53,844 bases of DNA. Origin: an uncultured Bacilli bacterium. Lineage in GTDB: Bacteria; Bacillota_I; Bacilli_A; RF39; UBA660. Both the position numbers and the translations under genes were made by a program. This document shows, piece by piece, positions 43,128 through 53,600 of the stretch. A model generated the notes under the pieces. That model was not told the DNA's origin. It made no database searches and saw only the letters and a program-made list of their open reading frames with translations. The stretch spans positions 1-53,844 of the forward strand of contig CALVQV010000002.1 in NCBI GenBank assembly GCA_944358325.1, in the 5' to 3' direction. The first letter of the stretch is position 1. Every line of letters begins with the position of its first letter.

Positions 43128-43625
43128 ATGAATAAAAATAGAATAGATTATTTAACTTGGGATGAATATTTTATGGGAATTGCTAAATTATCAGCTTTGA
43201 GGAGTAAAGATCCTAATACACAAGTAGGGGCATGTATTGTTGATAATATGAATCGAATTTTATCGATAGGTTATAATGGTGCTCCTAATGGTTTTGATGA
43301 TACTAAATTTCCATGGGATAGAGAGGGAAAACCTTTAGAAACAAAATATCTTTATGTATGCCATGCAGAATTAAATGCCATTTTAAATTTTCGTGGTAAT
43401 CGTAAAGACTTTGAAGACTCTAAATTATATGTAGCTTTATTTCCGTGTAATGAATGCTCTAAAGCTATTATTCAAGCAGGTATTAAAGAAGTTATATACT
43501 TAAGTGATAAGTATAAAGATCAAGATAATTTTAAAGCTTCTAAAAGATTGTTTGATGAATGTGGTGTTAGTTACCGTAAATTAGATTTAGGCGAAAGAAA
43601 AAACATTAATATAGATTTTGAATAG
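43128..43625 (+). CDS. comEB: dCMP deaminase (ComEB-type cytidine/deoxycytidylate deaminase)
   Basis: Zinc motifs CHAELNAI and PCNECSKAI. Length 165 aa. Confidence 0.9.
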   Translation: MNKNRIDYLTWDEYFMGIAKLSALRSKDPNTQVGACIVDNMNRILSIGYNGAPNGFDDTKFPWDREGKPLETKYLYVCHAELNAILNFRGNRKDFEDSKLYVALFPCNECSKAIIQAGIKEVIYLSDKYKDQDNFKASKRLFDECGVSYRKLDLGERKNINIDFE

Positions 43626-43633
43626 GTGATAAT

Positions 43634-45610
43634 ATGAATTTTAAATTTTATAACAAAATTATAGAAGAAGTAAAAGGTAAAATTAAGTTAGAAAAAACTA
43701 CTAAACAAGTTCCTGCTTATTTTAAAAGAAATGAAAAAGCGCGTCATCGTGCTAAAAAGCATTTAGATGATATAAATAAAAATCATAATCATGCATGGGC
43801 TATAGAAGTACAAGAACGTATTAAAAAGATGAAAAAATTAAATAAGACGGCTCTTTTTTATCGTGGAAATAATATAACTTATGAAGAAATGTTTGTAAAA
43901 TGGGAAGAATATGCCAGTGTTTTACAAAATAAATATGGTATAACTAAAGGAATGGAAATTCCTGTATGTATGGCCAATACTCCAGAATTTGTTTATTTAC
44001 TTGGTGGTGCTAGCTTAATTGGTGCTAAATTAAATATATTTGGTAGTATTTTTGATAAAGATTATATAACTAAAATAATTGATGAGTGTGATGCTAATAT
44101 TTTATTTGCAACAGATGATGTTTATAAGGATATTAAAGATGCTGTTAATAATTCGCATATTAAAGATAAAGTAGTATTTTCTTTAACTGACTCATTACCA
44201 AATCATAAAAATCCATATCAAGAATTAGATCATAAATTTTATGATTTTAAGAATAAATTATTTGAATTAAAAAATGAAGATAATAGTATTATTGATGTCA
44301 ATGAATTCTTAAGTGGTAATATTAAAAAATATGAATTTGTTGATTCTAATCTAGATGATGTTTTTACTATTACATATTCTAGTGGTTCAACTAATTCAAC
44401 TAGACCAAAAGCTATTGTTCATAAAATTCGTAGTTTTATTACGATGGGTATATTTCATGACGCTAATGTGTCACACATTCCTTCTATGGGAAGTATGAGC
44501 GTTAGAGCATCTATTCCAACGCATTCAAATACAGATGTTATATCAAGTATTTCCGATTCATTAATGCAAGGATGTAAACTTGCTTTAGAACCTATTTATG
44601 ATAAAGAACATCATCTAGCAAGTTTATTAATTAATAAAGCCAATTTTGATGTTTCAGCTAAATCATTTTGGCTACACACATTTAAAAAAATTGCTTTAGA
44701 TCCAAATTATCAACACATCAAATTACCATTTTTATTAGTTCCTATGGCTGCAGGAGAACCTGTATCTTTAGGTGAAGAAAAATTTATGAATAAAATGTTA
44801 AGAAAAACTGATGCTGCAAAAGATATTACACATTTACCAGTTTCGCCAATTGTTATGTCTATTGCAGGTGGAGATTGTGAACATGGTGGTATTTTCTTTT
44901 CATTATTTAATGCTCTACAACCTAAATTAGGAAAAGAAGATAAGCATGGACTTCGTACTTATGATATGGTTGAAGTAGCTGTTATAGATGAAAAAGGAAA
45001 ATATTTACCAAATAATACAATTGGTAAATTAGTTGCTAATAGTGAGTGTAATATGCTTGAATATAAAAATAATAAAGAAGCAACTGATGCCTTTTTTATG
45101 AAGACAGAAGATGGAAAAGTTTGGGGTAATTGCAACGTTTACGCCAAAATAGATAATAATAATAAAATTCATTTAAAAGGAAGAATTAAAGAAGAAGACT
45201 TAGAAGTTCCTCCATTTAAAATAATGGAAGAAATTTGTAAAGATACTAAAACAGTATTATCATGTGAAGTAGTAAGTGTTAAAGATAAAAATGATGATAC
45301 TAAATATGTAGCACATATTGAATTTATGCCTGATAGTAACATTAATGAAAGAGAAGCTTTATTAATGTTTGATAATAAATGTACAAAATTATATGGTAGT
45401 GATGTTATGGAAAACGTTACATATCGTATTCGTAGTAATGAAGAAGGCTTCCCACTATCAGGATGTGGTAAACGTAATAATTTAAAACTTATTGATGAAG
45501 GAATAAGTGAAAAATGTGTTAAACCAGTTCTTGATAATGACACTATTTGTTTAATTAAGGCTGAAGCTTATTATAAAAATAGCAACAAAATGTTAATAAA
45601 AAAACAATAA
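43634..45610 (+). CDS. Divergent ANL-superfamily adenylate-forming enzyme (acyl/aryl-CoA ligase-like), substrate unknown
   Basis: The layout is ANL-like. The A3-like motif is YSSGSTNSTRPKAIVH, AGEP is present, and the A10-like motif is PLSGCGKR. Several core motifs are atypical. Confidence 0.7.
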   Translation: MNFKFYNKIIEEVKGKIKLEKTTKQVPAYFKRNEKARHRAKKHLDDINKNHNHAWAIEVQERIKKMKKLNKTALFYRGNNITYEEMFVKWEEYASVLQNKYGITKGMEIPVCMANTPEFVYLLGGASLIGAKLNIFGSIFDKDYITKIIDECDANILFATDDVYKDIKDAVNNSHIKDKVVFSLTDSLPNHKNPYQELDHKFYDFKNKLFELKNEDNSIIDVNEFLSGNIKKYEFVDSNLDDVFTITYSSGSTNSTRPKAIVHKIRSFITMGIFHDANVSHIPSMGSMSVRASIPTHSNTDVISSISDSLMQGCKLALEPIYDKEHHLASLLINKANFDVSAKSFWLHTFKKIALDPNYQHIKLPFLLVPMAAGEPVSLGEEKFMNKMLRKTDAAKDITHLPVSPIVMSIAGGDCEHGGIFFSLFNALQPKLGKEDKHGLRTYDMVEVAVIDEKGKYLPNNTIGKLVANSECNMLEYKNNKEATDAFFMKTEDGKVWGNCNVYAKIDNNNKIHLKGRIKEEDLEVPPFKIMEEICKDTKTVLSCEVVSVKDKNDDTKYVAHIEFMPDSNINEREALLMFDNKCTKLYGSDVMENVTYRIRSNEEGFPLSGCGKRNNLKLIDEGISEKCVKPVLDNDTICLIKAEAYYKNSNKMLIKKQ

Positions 45611-45633
45611 ATAGTGTATTTTTATTTGAAATG

Positions 45634-45642
45634 TGATACAAT
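45634..45642 (+). promoter_or_regulatory. Extended -10 element (TGaTACAAT)
   Basis: Read directly, upstream of the kinase gene. Confidence 0.45.
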
Positions 45643-45660
45643 TATCTTAACAGTATAGAG

Positions 45661-47505
45661 GTGATACCCTTGAATATAAGTCTTGCTTTTCTAGGGATTA
45701 GCTTAGTATACAGTGTTTTTCTAAATATTCTTTTCTTTAGTAAAAAGCATGTTAAGAATTTAGAAACAAAGATATATGGAATATTAATAGTTGTAAATTT
45801 AGTTGGAATATTATTAGAATTTCTATGTAATTTAACAGTTAATTATAGTAACTATATTCCATTATTAAACATGATTGTTTTAAAATTATTATTAATTTAT
45901 TTCTTAACATTTGCTTTTTTAGTGAGTATTTATGTTATTGCTGTATCTTATGATGCTAATCATAAAGATAAAAAAACTTTTGAGCAATATTATAAACCCA
46001 AAAGAATCGCTAGTATTGTCTTCTGGTTAATTAATATTGTTGTTTTATTCGTCTTGCCATTAGAATTTTATCATGAAAATGGATATACTTATTCTTATGG
46101 ATGGGGCGCTAATTATTCTTATTTTTTGGGTGCTATATATATAGCCATCTCTCTTATAACGATGTTAAAAAATATTAAAAATATTAAAAATAAAAAATAT
46201 TTCCCTTTATTTATATTTATATTAGGTACGTTTATTGTTATGTTGATTCAAAAAACGTATCCAGAATTAACCTTAATGACTTCGATGGAAACATTCGTTG
46301 TCTTTGCAATGTATTTTACAATCGAAAATCCTGATATTAAAATGATAAGAACTCTTAATTTGGCTAAAGATACAGCTGAAAAAGCTAATAGTGCTAAAAC
46401 AGAATTTTTATCAAGTATGAGTCATGAAATAAGAACACCATTAAATGCTATTAAAGGATTTAGTGAGTGTATTAAGAATGCTAATAGTATCGAAGAGGCC
46501 AAAGAAAATGCTAATGACATTTTAGAAGCAAGTGATACTTTATTAGAAATTGTTAATGGTGTTTTAGATATTTCTAAGATTGAATCTGGAAAGATGGAAA
46601 TCGTTAACTCAGATTATAATGTGCGTGATTTATTTAATAATATAGTTAAATTATTAATGCCAAGAATCAAGGCTAAAGGATTGGAGTTTGAATTATATAT
46701 TGCTCCTGATATTCCTGATGTTTTATATGGTGATTATGCTAATATAAAGAAAATAATTATTAATTTATTAACTAATGCTGTTAAGTATACAGATAAAGGT
46801 TATGTCAAAATGACTGTTAATTGTGTCATTCATAAAAATAATTGTCGGTTAATTGTTATGGTTGAAGATTCAGGACGTGGAATAAAAAAAGAAAATATTA
46901 ATAAATTATTTACACGTTTTGAAAGACTTGATGAAGATCGCAATACAACTGTTGAAGGTACAGGTTTAGGCTTAGCTATTACTAAAAAGCTAATAGAGTT
47001 AATGAACGGAAAAATTGTTGTTCAAAGTGTGTACGGTGAAGGCTCAAAATTTAGTGTTGCTATTGATCAGACCATAAGTATAACACAAACAATAATTGTA
47101 AAACATGAAAATAAAGAAAATGTAGATTTAAAAGATGTAAAAATATTAATTGTTGATGATAATAATCTAAATATTAAAGTAGCTACAAAGCTTATAAGTG
47201 TTTATCATCCAAAATTAATTGACACGTGTAATAATGGTTTTGATTGCATTACTAAAATAAAAGAAAATAATAATTATGACTTAATTTTATTAGATGATAT
47301 GATGCCAAAGAAAAATGGTATTGAGACATTTAAAGAATTAAAACAAATTGAAGGCTTTAATATTCCTGTTGTCATGTTAACAGCTAATGCTTTAACTGGT
47401 ATGAAAGAGGAATATTTAAAAATTGGTTTTGATGATTATCTAGCTAAACCAATTGAAAAAGCAGAATTAGAAAGAATACTAAATAAATACAGTAAGGGAG
47501 AATAG
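45661..47505 (+). CDS. Hybrid sensor histidine kinase (about 7 TM, HisKA, HATPase_c, C-terminal receiver)
   Basis: H-box SHEIRTPLNAI, N-box NLLTNAVKYT, G-boxes DSGRGI and GTGLGLAI, and a receiver (ILIVDDNNLN, LILLDDMMPKKNG, KP). The TTG at 45670 is a likely alternative start because the GTG at 45661 lies inside the AGAGGTGA RBS. Confidence 0.9.
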   Translation: MIPLNISLAFLGISLVYSVFLNILFFSKKHVKNLETKIYGILIVVNLVGILLEFLCNLTVNYSNYIPLLNMIVLKLLLIYFLTFAFLVSIYVIAVSYDANHKDKKTFEQYYKPKRIASIVFWLINIVVLFVLPLEFYHENGYTYSYGWGANYSYFLGAIYIAISLITMLKNIKNIKNKKYFPLFIFILGTFIVMLIQKTYPELTLMTSMETFVVFAMYFTIENPDIKMIRTLNLAKDTAEKANSAKTEFLSSMSHEIRTPLNAIKGFSECIKNANSIEEAKENANDILEASDTLLEIVNGVLDISKIESGKMEIVNSDYNVRDLFNNIVKLLMPRIKAKGLEFELYIAPDIPDVLYGDYANIKKIIINLLTNAVKYTDKGYVKMTVNCVIHKNNCRLIVMVEDSGRGIKKENINKLFTRFERLDEDRNTTVEGTGLGLAITKKLIELMNGKIVVQSVYGEGSKFSVAIDQTISITQTIIVKHENKENVDLKDVKILIVDDNNLNIKVATKLISVYHPKLIDTCNNGFDCITKIKENNNYDLILLDDMMPKKNGIETFKELKQIEGFNIPVVMLTANALTGMKEEYLKIGFDDYLAKPIEKAELERILNKYSKGE

Positions 47506-47508
47506 GTT

Positions 47509-48288
47509 ATGAAAGATGTTTATTTATTAAAGAATAATGGGGTAGATGTTGATAAAAGTTTAGAATTATTTGGAGAAATGTCCATGTATGATGATACAAT
47601 GGGTGATTTTTTAGACGAAGTTAATAATAAAGTTGACTCTTTAAAAAAATATAAAGAAGCAAGTGATATGGAAAATTATGCCATTATGGTGCATTCTCTA
47701 AAAAGTGATGCTAGATATTTAGGTTTTACTAAATTAGCTGAACTTGCTTATGAACATGAAATGAAAAGTAAAGCTACTGACATCAATTATGTTATGGATA
47801 ATTTTGATGCGTTGCTTACTGAAACAGATCGTATTATTGAATTATGTAAACAATATTTAGGACGCACTGATGTAGAAAGTGTTAAGCCAAAAGAAGTAGT
47901 AAAGAGTGATAAAGCTATTTTAGTAGTTGATGATTCTAATTTAATCGTTAACTTTATTTCTAAAATATTTGATGATACTTTTGAAGTAATTAAAGCTACT
48001 GATGGTGAACAAGCTATTAGATGTATTGAAAATGATACAAATCATAAAATAGTTGGTATGCTTCTTGATCTTAATATGCCAAATGTAGATGGATTTTCTG
48101 TTTTAGATTATTTTAATGCGAATAAACTATTTACAAATATTCCAGTTTCTATTATTACTGGCGGTGATGATAGAGAGACAATCAATCGTGCGTTTGCTTA
48201 TCCTATAATAGACTTACTTGCAAAACCATTCAACGAAAGAGATGTTAAGAGAATTGTAGAAAAAATGCTAGATGTAACAAGAATGTAA
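47509..48288 (+). CDS. Hpt-domain plus receiver-domain phosphorelay protein with no output domain
   Basis: Hpt signature MVHSLKSDARYLGF, and a receiver (ILVVDDSNLI, MLLDLNMPNVDG, AKPF). It starts 3 nt after the kinase stop. Confidence 0.85.
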   Translation: MKDVYLLKNNGVDVDKSLELFGEMSMYDDTMGDFLDEVNNKVDSLKKYKEASDMENYAIMVHSLKSDARYLGFTKLAELAYEHEMKSKATDINYVMDNFDALLTETDRIIELCKQYLGRTDVESVKPKEVVKSDKAILVVDDSNLIVNFISKIFDDTFEVIKATDGEQAIRCIENDTNHKIVGMLLDLNMPNVDGFSVLDYFNANKLFTNIPVSIITGGDDRETINRAFAYPIIDLLAKPFNERDVKRIVEKMLDVTRM

Positions 48289-48310
48289 GGTTCAAAACTT
48301 ACATTTTTTT
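48282..48310 (+). terminator. Intrinsic terminator overlapping the Hpt-REC stop
   Basis: AATGTAAG...CTTACATT hairpin plus T-run. Confidence 0.75.
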
Positions 48311-48311
48311 A

Positions 48312-48320
48312 TGCTATAAT
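48312..48320 (+). promoter_or_regulatory. Extended -10 element (TGcTATAAT) for addB-addA
   Basis: Read directly, 23 nt upstream of the addB ATG. Confidence 0.55.
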
Positions 48321-48342
48321 ATTTAGGAAAGGATGATGTTAG

Positions 48343-50667
48343 ATGTTTGATAAATGTAGTAGTGGTATACTTATCACGCCTAGTATTATAAAAGAAAAAG
48401 TATTAAAAATAATAAGTAATAAACTTTTAAATATAAAAATTATGACACGTGAAGAATATTTAAATAATATGGTTTTTAGTTATAATGAAAAAACCATTTT
48501 ATATCTTATGAATAAATATCATTATAACTATAATATAACTTTAAAAATACTAAATAATCTTTATTTTGTTGATAAAAATTATAATAATGATATTTTAGAT
48601 AATTTATATAAAATAAGAGAAGAATTACTTGCTAATAATTTATTAATAACTAATAGTAGTTTTAAAGAATTTATTAAAGATAAAAAAATATATATTTTTG
48701 GTTATGATTATATAGATAACTATTTTAAAAAATATTTAAGTAATTATGAAATAATTGAAATATCAAGAATAGATAAAAATTTAGAAGTTCATGCCTTTAA
48801 AACATTAAAAGAAGAAGTAGAATTTGTTTTATATAATATAGCTTCTCTAGTAGATAAAGGAATAAATCCTAAAAATATTTATTTAGTAAATGTGGGTAGT
48901 GAATATGAACATATTTTAGAACAACTATCGAGCAAATTTAATATTTTATTAGATAAAAAAATAAATATTTATGCAACAATTGAAGTTTCTAATTTTTTAA
49001 AATATTTAAAAGAAACTAAATCTTTTTCTTTGGCTTTACAACAAATAAAAGATAAAGAAATCTATGATGTTTTATTAAATATTTCTAATAAGTATCATTT
49101 ATATCCATATAGTGATAATCTGTATGAATTAGTAGTTGAAGAAATAAAAAAAACATCTATAAATATTAATTATCAAAACAGTATTAATTTAACTACTTTA
49201 GAAAACAATTATTTTGATGATCAAGATTATGTATTTTTAGTAGGGTTTAATCAAAATATTGTTCCTCATTTATATAAAGATGAAGATTATATAAGTGATG
49301 CTTTAAAAAATAAAATTGATCTAGAAGATACCAATATTAAAAATAAGAATGCTAAAGAAAGTGTTATTAAATCTTTATATAGCATTAAAAATTTAGTAAT
49401 TACCTATAAATTAGAACATTTAGGGGTAGCTTATTATCCTTCTAACTTAATAAGTGAATTAAATATGCAAGTTATCACTAACCATGAATATAAAATAAGT
49501 TATTCAAAGATTTATGATAGAGAAAAATTAACTAGTTATTTAGATGATTATATGAAATATGGTATTAAAAATAAGAATTTAGAAAAATATTATTATACTT
49601 ATGATATACCATATTTAAAATATGATAATAATTATAAACAAGTAGATTTAAGCTTACTTTATCAAAAACTTAATAATCATTTAAATTTAAGTTATTCTAG
49701 TATTGATACTTATTATAAATGTGCTTTTAGATATTATTTAGATAATGTTTTAAGAATAAAACCTTATGAAGAAACTTTTAGTCTTTTAATAGGTAATTTA
49801 TATCATCATATTTTATCAAAAGTTTTTTTACCGGATTTTAATTTTTTAGAAGAATGGGACAATTATTTAAAGGATAAAGAAATAGATGCTAAAGAAAGAT
49901 TATTGCTTAGTAAATTAAAAGAAGAATTACTTTTTATTGTTAACTTTGTTTTAAAATTAAAACAAGATACAGGTCTTACTCATGAATTATTAGAATATAA
50001 AATAAATATTGATAAAAGTACTAATATTCCTGTTAATTTTACGGGTATTATTGATAAGTTGATGTATAGTGTTAAAGATGATAAAACATATATTACGCTT
50101 GTTGATTATAAAACGGGTAACCCTGATATAAAACTTAATAATATTATTCATGGTATGGATATGCAATTACCAATTTATTGGTATTTAGTTAAACATGGTG
50201 ATTTTATGAATCCTACTTTTGTAGGAATGTATTTACAAAAAATATTAAATAATCCATCTTTAAAAAATGGTAAAACAATAGAAGAACAAAAATTAGATAA
50301 TTTAAAACTAGTAGGTTATTCTAGTAGTGAACAAGATAGAATAGCGCGTTTTGATCCGACATATGAAAATAGTACTTATATAAAAGGCATGAAAGTAAAA
50401 AAAGATGGAACTTATGGTGCTTTTGTCAAATATTTAACAGATGAAAACTTAGATAAATTAAGCAATATTGTTGATAAAAATATTGATAGTGCAAGAGATA
50501 ATATTCTAAATGGTGAATTTTCAATTAATCCTAAATTTATTGATGATGAATTAAAAGGTTGTATGTTTTGTAAATATAAAGATATATGTTTTAAAACTAA
50601 TAAAAATATTAATTATTTAAAAACTTTTAAATTAGATGACATCTTAGGAGGTGATAATAATGCCTAA
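48343..50667 (+). CDS. addB: Helicase-nuclease complex subunit AddB/RexB (compact form)
   Basis: RecB-family nuclease motif (TGIIDKL...LVDYKTG). Candidate Fe-S staple cysteines (YYKCAFRYY ... GCMFCKYKDIC). No N-terminal Walker A. Overlaps addA. Confidence 0.85.
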   Translation: MFDKCSSGILITPSIIKEKVLKIISNKLLNIKIMTREEYLNNMVFSYNEKTILYLMNKYHYNYNITLKILNNLYFVDKNYNNDILDNLYKIREELLANNLLITNSSFKEFIKDKKIYIFGYDYIDNYFKKYLSNYEIIEISRIDKNLEVHAFKTLKEEVEFVLYNIASLVDKGINPKNIYLVNVGSEYEHILEQLSSKFNILLDKKINIYATIEVSNFLKYLKETKSFSLALQQIKDKEIYDVLLNISNKYHLYPYSDNLYELVVEEIKKTSININYQNSINLTTLENNYFDDQDYVFLVGFNQNIVPHLYKDEDYISDALKNKIDLEDTNIKNKNAKESVIKSLYSIKNLVITYKLEHLGVAYYPSNLISELNMQVITNHEYKISYSKIYDREKLTSYLDDYMKYGIKNKNLEKYYYTYDIPYLKYDNNYKQVDLSLLYQKLNNHLNLSYSSIDTYYKCAFRYYLDNVLRIKPYEETFSLLIGNLYHHILSKVFLPDFNFLEEWDNYLKDKEIDAKERLLLSKLKEELLFIVNFVLKLKQDTGLTHELLEYKINIDKSTNIPVNFTGIIDKLMYSVKDDKTYITLVDYKTGNPDIKLNNIIHGMDMQLPIYWYLVKHGDFMNPTFVGMYLQKILNNPSLKNGKTIEEQKLDNLKLVGYSSSEQDRIARFDPTYENSTYIKGMKVKKDGTYGAFVKYLTDENLDKLSNIVDKNIDSARDNILNGEFSINPKFIDDELKGCMFCKYKDICFKTNKNINYLKTFKLDDILGGDNNA

Positions 50668-53600
50668 ATGGACAAGTGAACAATTAGAAGCTATTAATAA
50701 AGAAGGCAGTAATATTATTGTCTCAGCAGGAGCAGGTAGTGGTAAAACAGCCGTGTTAACCGAACGTGTTATTCGTAAATTAAAAGAAGGAGTAAATGTT
50801 AATGAATTACTTGTCTTAACATTTACGAATGCTGCTGCTTTTGAAATGAAAGAGCGAATTCGTGATGCGATTAGTAAATATCCTGAATTAAAAGAACAAC
50901 TTACTTTAATTGATGGAGCATACATTACTACATTTGATAGTTATGCTTTAAGTTTAGTTAAAAAATATCACTATCTATTAAATATTAGTAGTAACGTTAA
51001 TATTTTAGATAACATTATTATTTATACAATAAAAAAAGATATAATTAATAAAATATTTGATGATATGTATGAAGAAAACAATTTATTGTTTAATAAATTA
51101 ATAACAGATTTTTCCTTAAAAGATGATAAAGAAATAAAAGAAGGTATTTTAAGTATTAGTAATAAATTAGATTTAAAATATGATAAAAAAGAATATATAG
51201 ATAATTATATAGAATTATCTTATAATGATGAAAAAATTAATAATTACATTTTAGAATATGTTTCATATTTAAAACAAAAAATAAAAGATATAGAAAAAAC
51301 ATATGAAGATTTATGTCTTTATATTGATGAATCATTTTATGAAAGTATCAAAGATAGTATGGAAAACTTGATAAGTTCTAATACTTATCAAGAAATTGTT
51401 TTAGCCCATGATATAAAACTTCCAAGAATTAATAAAAATTGTTTAGAACCAGCTAAAGAATTTAAAGAAATATTAAGTGATAAATTAAAAGAATTAAAAG
51501 AGTTAATTATTTTTAATAACGAAGAAGAATTAAAACAAAGTTATCTACTAACTAAAGATTATGTTTTAGTTATTATTGATATTTTAAAGAAATTAGATAT
51601 TGAAGTAGATAAATTTAAGTATCAATATAACTTATTTGAATTTAATGATATATCTAAAATGGCTATTAGAGTATTAAAAGAAAATAAAGATGTTTTAAAT
51701 GAACTTAAATATTATTTTAAAGAAATAATGGTAGATGAATATCAAGATACAAGTGATCTTCAAGAAACATTTATTAATTTACTTGAAAATGATAATGTTT
51801 ATATGGTTGGTGATGTTAAACAATCTATCTATCGTTTTAGAAATGCTAACCCGTATATTTTTAAAAACAAATATAATAATTATTCTAAAAATAATGGTGG
51901 TTATAAAATAGACTTAGTTAAAAATTTCCGTTCTAGAAGTGAAGTTTTGAATAATATTAACTTAATTTTTGACTTAATTATGGATGAAGAATTAGGTGGT
52001 GCTAATTATACTAAAGGACATCAAATGGTTTTTGGTAATCTTGCTTATAATGAAAAAGGTTTACTAAAATCTAATAATGATATGGAAATATATAACTATG
52101 AATATAGTAAATTAGGTTATACTAAAGATGAAATAGAAGCATTTATAATTGCCAGTGATATCAAGAAAAAGATTGCTGATAAATATCAAGTATTTGATGT
52201 TAAAAAAAGTTTAATTAGAGATATTACATATGGTGATTTTGCTATTCTTTTAGATAGAAGTACATCATTTGATTTATATAAAAAAATATTTGAATACTTA
52301 AATATTCCTTTAATAAAATATACAAGTACTAACATAACTGATGAATATGATGTTATGTTATTAAAAAACATTATAGCTTTAATCTTAGATGTTTATAATA
52401 AAGATTTTAGTAGTAATTATAAATATAATTATGTAAGTATCGCCCGTAGTTTTTTATTTAGTTATACTGATAATCAAATTCTTGATATAGTTACTAATAA
52501 TAACTATAAAGGTGAAATATTGAATATTATTAATAATATTGTTAAAGATTTAGAACATTTATCTTTAACAGAAATTATAAAAAGAATTATTAATGATTTC
52601 AAATTTTATGAAAATATTATTAAAGTAGGTTTTATTGATAATGCTTATATAAGAATAGAAACTATTTTAAATCAAGCTAAAACATTTGAAACTATGGGTT
52701 ATACTTTAGATAAGTTTTATAATTATTTAAATACTATTCTTGAAGATAATATCAAAATGGAATGTAACATGAGTGATAATAGTGGTGACAGTGTTAAAAT
52801 AATGACTATTCATAAATCAAAAGGATTAGAATATCACATTTGTTATTTTGCTGGTCTATACAAAGAATTTAACTTAATGGAATTAAAGAATAGATTTATG
52901 TATGATAATAATTATGGCATTATTACACCTTATTACTCTGAAGGAATAGATGAAACATTCTTAAAAAAACTTATTAAAAAACAATATCAACAAGAAGAAA
53001 TAAGTGAAAAAATAAGACTATTTTATGTTGCTTTAACAAGAGCCAAAGAAAAAATGATTTTTATCTGTGACTTAAACGATGCCAAAGAAGCTAGTAAAGA
53101 TGATAATAATTTAATTGATATTAATAATAGATTAAAATATAAATCTTTCTTAGATATTTTAAAAAGTATTAAAAATGATATATCGATATATTTAAAAAAT
53201 ATTAAATTAGAAGACTTAAATCTAACTAAAGACTATATGATTATTAAAGAGACAAATATTAAAGAACATTTAATTGACAACAAAGATAGAGTAATTTCTA
53301 GAGAAATAGAAATTCAAAAAGAAGAAGTAAAACAAGAACATTATTCTAAAGAAAATAAAAAATTAATTACTAAAGAAGAACAACAAAAAATGGAATTTGG
53401 AACCAAGATTCACGAAATGTTAGAACATCTTGATTTTAAAAATCCAGACTTAAATAACGTATTATATAAAGATAAAATAAATGCTTTTCTAAACTGTGGT
53501 ATTGACTTTAAAACACCAACAATTTATAAAGAACATGAATTTATTTATCAAAATAAACATGGTATCATTGATTTATTATTAGAATATCAAGATAAAATAT

